DNA of 64,000 nt from Nemertoderma westbladi (Eukaryota > Animalia > Xenacoelomorpha), in contig JAUCBJ010006674.1 of the NCBI GenBank assembly GCA_032718475.1, positions 1-64,000 of the forward strand. The letters are read 5' to 3'. The notes under the pieces are model-generated. The model saw nothing but the letters and a program-made list of their open reading frames with translations. It was not told where the DNA came from and searched no databases. Each line of letters starts with the position of its first letter. Within the stretch, counting starts at the first letter, position 1. Below, one piece after another: positions 60,323 through 64,000 of the stretch. The translations under genes were made by a program, and so were the position numbers.

Positions 60323-61822
60323 ATGATGGGAGATCAACCTGGCCCTTCCAGAAAACAATCTTCACTGAAGCGACATCTCCCTTGTGCATCAGATAGTGAG
60401 AGCGACAACGACTTAGGACATAAACGTTATATCCCCGGTGGTGATAGCGATGATGAAGTCATTGAGATCTCCAAAGAACCGCCAGATAACGAAGGGTCAA
60501 CATCAATCCAATGCCGTGATTGGGCAGCGCTCCCACACGAACTTATTTTTAAATTGTTCAGCTATTTCCCAGAATGCGATCGGTTGTCAGCCGGCGGAAC
60601 TTGTCACAAATGGAATGAGGCCCAGAAAGATGCGGGGCTTTGGAGAACGAGAGATGTTACCATCAGTGGAGAACGGCATCACGATAAGAAAGAGATTGAA
60701 GCAATTAGACAATATGGAGTTCATATGGAAAAAGTTGAAATCCGTTGCAATGGGAGACTAAGCAATAGACAACAGATATTATGGCACGTCAGCCAATCAG
60801 TGGGTCATCTTAAGGTATCCCAGCTAAAACAATTCAGTCTATTCGGTCTATTAGGGGGCTTTCAAGGGATGGCTTCCCTCGGTATCTATGACACAACAAT
60901 ATCGCTGTTCTATCAGCATTTAATTGAATTCTTCCGATCACAGAAAGAGTTAGAAGACGTGACACTAATAGATTTGCAAGTAAAGCCTTTAATTGACGGT
61001 GTTCGAATAATAGAAAGTTTGGTAAGACACAACCGCGGATCTTTAAGGAAGATCAAAATCGATGAATTAATTCATCCATCTGCCGCATCTACTGCGAGTC
61101 CCATGTCATCTGCTATGGGACCGCTCACTTCATTGAAGGCGTTGACGAACCTGGATATCAATTATAACTACTTGAATACAGATATATTAGAAAGAATTCT
61201 GACTAACAGTCCCCATCTAATATTATTGGTACTCCGCCTCTGCCTGACTGGATCTGATAATGTTCTACCTGTTGCTGATAATAACAACAGCCCGTGGAGA
61301 AAAGCCAACCCCGAGCTCTCGGTTCATATGCTGTTCGACTTCGAGACAGTTGACGTTCATTCGCTGATTCGCTTGATAAAAGGACGACCTCCTCTGACGA
61401 AGTTCGAATTCTTTGCAGCTTGGATGGAAACAATCGACGGCTTATCTATACTATTCCGCTATCTAGGTGATCACATGGACCAATGTCTGAAAGAGTTGGT
61501 AATGAGGTGCGGACAGGATGAAGAAATACGTGTTGACTTCGTTTCCATGGTAAGAGATTGTAAGAAGCTAGAGAGCATCACAATTACGGACATGTCTCTC
61601 AAAACGGAAGTTGTAACTGATATCTGTGAGCTGAAGTTCCAGCAAGAAATAATTCCAGAATTAAAGAAGTGTCACATCGCCTTCGACCCCTTCGAGGGTG
61701 CGGATAATGGTGTTGAATTGAGTATCCTGAACCGTCAATGGAATGGTAAGATAAAAGCTGGCGGAATTGATTTCCGTTTCAATAAGTTCGGAGATCCTAG
61801 GGAGATGGTCACTGTCGGTTAA
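60323..61822 (+). CDS. F-box/LRR-like protein, single-exon CDS (499 aa)
   Basis: F-box WAALPHELIFKLFSYFPECDRLSAGGTCHKWNE...LWR followed by LxxLxL-type repeats (LKALTNLDINYN, CKKLESITI). Confidence 0.88.
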   Translation: MMGDQPGPSRKQSSLKRHLPCASDSESDNDLGHKRYIPGGDSDDEVIEISKEPPDNEGSTSIQCRDWAALPHELIFKLFSYFPECDRLSAGGTCHKWNEAQKDAGLWRTRDVTISGERHHDKKEIEAIRQYGVHMEKVEIRCNGRLSNRQQILWHVSQSVGHLKVSQLKQFSLFGLLGGFQGMASLGIYDTTISLFYQHLIEFFRSQKELEDVTLIDLQVKPLIDGVRIIESLVRHNRGSLRKIKIDELIHPSAASTASPMSSAMGPLTSLKALTNLDINYNYLNTDILERILTNSPHLILLVLRLCLTGSDNVLPVADNNNSPWRKANPELSVHMLFDFETVDVHSLIRLIKGRPPLTKFEFFAAWMETIDGLSILFRYLGDHMDQCLKELVMRCGQDEEIRVDFVSMVRDCKKLESITITDMSLKTEVVTDICELKFQQEIIPELKKCHIAFDPFEGADNGVELSILNRQWNGKIKAGGIDFRFNKFGDPREMVTVG

Positions 61823-62038
61823 TTAGAAGATACTGGAGCTGAATGTCTTGGATGGTTAAATACAAGACGCTCACTAATTCACGCTCGCCGATTAGCTAAT
61901 AATTATTAATCGTGTTTATATATGGTATATTCTCACTATATTTAATATGTTTATTAATATACAGTAACAAGTAACTACAGTATAAATAGAGTCCCGTAAT
62001 ATTTTAATTTTGATACAGCACCACCCCCCCCCCCCCCC

Positions 62039-62686
62039 TGTTCGCGCTTTCAGACCTTTAGCAGTTTAACCTGCCAATCTTAAATGTCCTTTTGATTATG
62101 AATCGACTTTAGCCCTTACCAATTACCTGGTGTACTGAAGTTACATCTGCCGAAGCCAGTCCGTGCGCGGCGTATGACCCACGGTGTGGGAGACTGGATT
62201 CGGGTTCTTTAGGAAGTATTGCGGTGTAGGCTACTTTGTATTATTCGATTGATCGCTACTATATAATCTCTGACAACTATATTTACTTTCGGGGAAATAT
62301 TAACAGTTCCTTTAGGACGTGGCGCTTTAAGTATAAAAACAGAGTTATGACTTATACTAATCACAACTAGATGGCCACAGAGTTTCGTAAATAGCGCAAT
62401 CTTTAGGAGATGCTTTATTAACCTTCACACGACTTCACACGACTTTACACTACTTCACACTAAATTGCCGACCGTCACTGAATTTGATCATATATAAGGA
62501 GGATTGCAACTGACACACGTAGGGATTATGAAATAGCATTTAATTCACACAAAACCACTATAATTTAAGTCGCAGTTGCTACCGGTAGACTCTTTCTCCG
62601 CTTACCTCAGTAATCAATAAGATTGAGGGGTTTATGATTATTTATCGGTATTCTGCAAATATAACATCCATTAATATATACAGCAA
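62039..62686 (-). repeat. Truncated LTR (R/U5 part) of the same BEL family, third variant
   Basis: tgttcgcgctttcagaccttt.gcagtttaacc and aatattaacagttcctttaggacgtggcgct shared with both other copies; abuts a poly-C tract. Confidence 0.85.
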
Positions 62687-63019
62687 TTCGTCACCTTCAA
62701 GGCAGAACCCCCTAAGTCGATTTTTTTCGATTTTCATGTTTTTGAATTTTTGGGTAATTCGATATCGGCTTTTTCGTCTGGCAGAACCCCGAAGCTTTTC
62801 TACCAGCCATTTTTGAGTTAAAAGCCAAAGACAGTTCCCCGTAACTTATGCCCACTTCGAGGCAGAACCCCACAAGTCAATAATTGGCTTGCAAAACACC
62901 GTACAGTAAATTCAAGTATATGAAATTCAGTCCACCTGGCAAAACCCCTTAAATCAGAAATAACAACCTGTAAAACCCCTTAAATCAGAAACAATAGCCT
63001 GGCAAAACCCCGTAATTTA

Positions 63020-63361
63020 TCATTTATATACTGGTTTGTATTGCGGCCGGACACAAATATTCATGAGGGAGGCAAACATTATTGAAGGACACAAAACATT
63101 AATAGGGGTCCATGGTTGCCAATGGATATTAATGTGAGCGTTGGTGATGCTTGCCATCAGACGATCAGATATTAAGTGATTAACTGGAAAAAATACTACC
63201 ATGGGAACGTGAGCTTCGTTCAAAGTACCGCCGTTTTGTATACATTCCATCGTCCTAATTAGATGGAAATTAATTGAAAGCGACGTTCGGTTACGTTGTT
63301 CAGCTGCCTGTTTTGCTCTGTTATACTCCCATATTTTCAATTTACCTCCTACCACCACCAT
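63020..63361 (-). pseudogene. Possible PIF/Harbinger transposase remnant with adjacent GGCARAACCCC repeats (62700-63011)
   Basis: Across frameshifts: WEYNRA..NVTERRFQL..GRW..CIQNGGTL resembles Harbinger YN..H..R..IER.FG.LK.RF.CL..GG.L. Confidence 0.35.
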
Positions 63362-63664
63362 TCATGTGACCCCCCCCCTCCCCCATTCCTGTCTCCCCCT
63401 CATGTTCATCATTTTTTTACTCCTACTCCTTCCCTTTTTAGTAACAACATCGTTTATTGTTTTGGTTAGAAAAACCATCTCTGTAACCTGAAACTTTCCT
63501 TCAATCGGCAATAACATAGTTTATTGGTTTGATCAGATTGATATGTTATTATTTATTGTTGTTATTTTATTGCTTGACAGTAATGATAATTGAAATACTG
63601 TAATATATTGTATGTGTATGGGTGGTAACATGATTCATACTAAGTGCGAAAGGCGATAGTGCCC

Positions 63665-64000
63665 ATGATTAATGTTTGTGCCCTTGATTGATATCTGTCC
63701 CTCGTTTATTGTTTGTGTCCCTCATTAATGTTTGTGTATCTCATTAATGTTTGTGTCCCTCAGTAATGTTTGTGTCCCTCATTAATGTTTGTGTATCTCA
63801 TTAATGTTAGTGTCCCTCATTAATGTTTGTGTCCCTCATTAATGTTTGTGTATCTCATTAATATTTGTGTCCCTCAGTAATGTTTGTGTCCCTCATTAAT
63901 GTTTGTGAATCTCATTAATGTTAGTGTCCCTCATTAATGTTTGTGTCCCTCATTAATGTTTGTGTCCTATATGAATGTTTATGTCCCACATTAATGTTTG
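63665..64000. repeat. 19-bp minisatellite, runs off right edge
   Basis: Unit ctcattaatgtttgtgtcc with regular variants. Confidence 0.95.

Overview
AT-rich animal (probably marine invertebrate) nuclear DNA, not prokaryotic; the species cannot be assigned from the sequence. Left half: a minus-strand multi-exon gene with GT-AG junctions in matching phase. It encodes a putative signal peptide, one cadherin-like domain, an RRKR furin-type site and 12 complete plus 1 partial EGF repeats, running off the left edge. Its introns hold RTE/L2/CR1 LINE fragments, a Tc1/mariner relic, two foldback-type elements, Penelope-like relics (GIY-YIG remnant and minimal hammerhead motifs), a tRNA-like unit between inverted repeats, and minisatellites. 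Right half: one BEL/Pao LTR family present three times. (1) A young, complete 11.5-kb copy at 46766-58312: 1235-bp near-identical LTRs, GAACAC TSD, an intact gag-protease ORF with RT, most of RNase H and integrase deleted in frame, and a possible self-priming site instead of a tRNA PBS. It also has a 1.6-kb non-coding spacer with blocks identical to those of the second copy, and an intact 347-aa non-env second ORF with a basic C-terminus. (2) An inverted, 5'-truncated, diverged copy at 36871-~41190. (3) An LTR fragment at 62039-~62686. A single-exon F-box/LRR ORF lies at 60323-61822. All alignments and folds were done by eye; no database searches were run.
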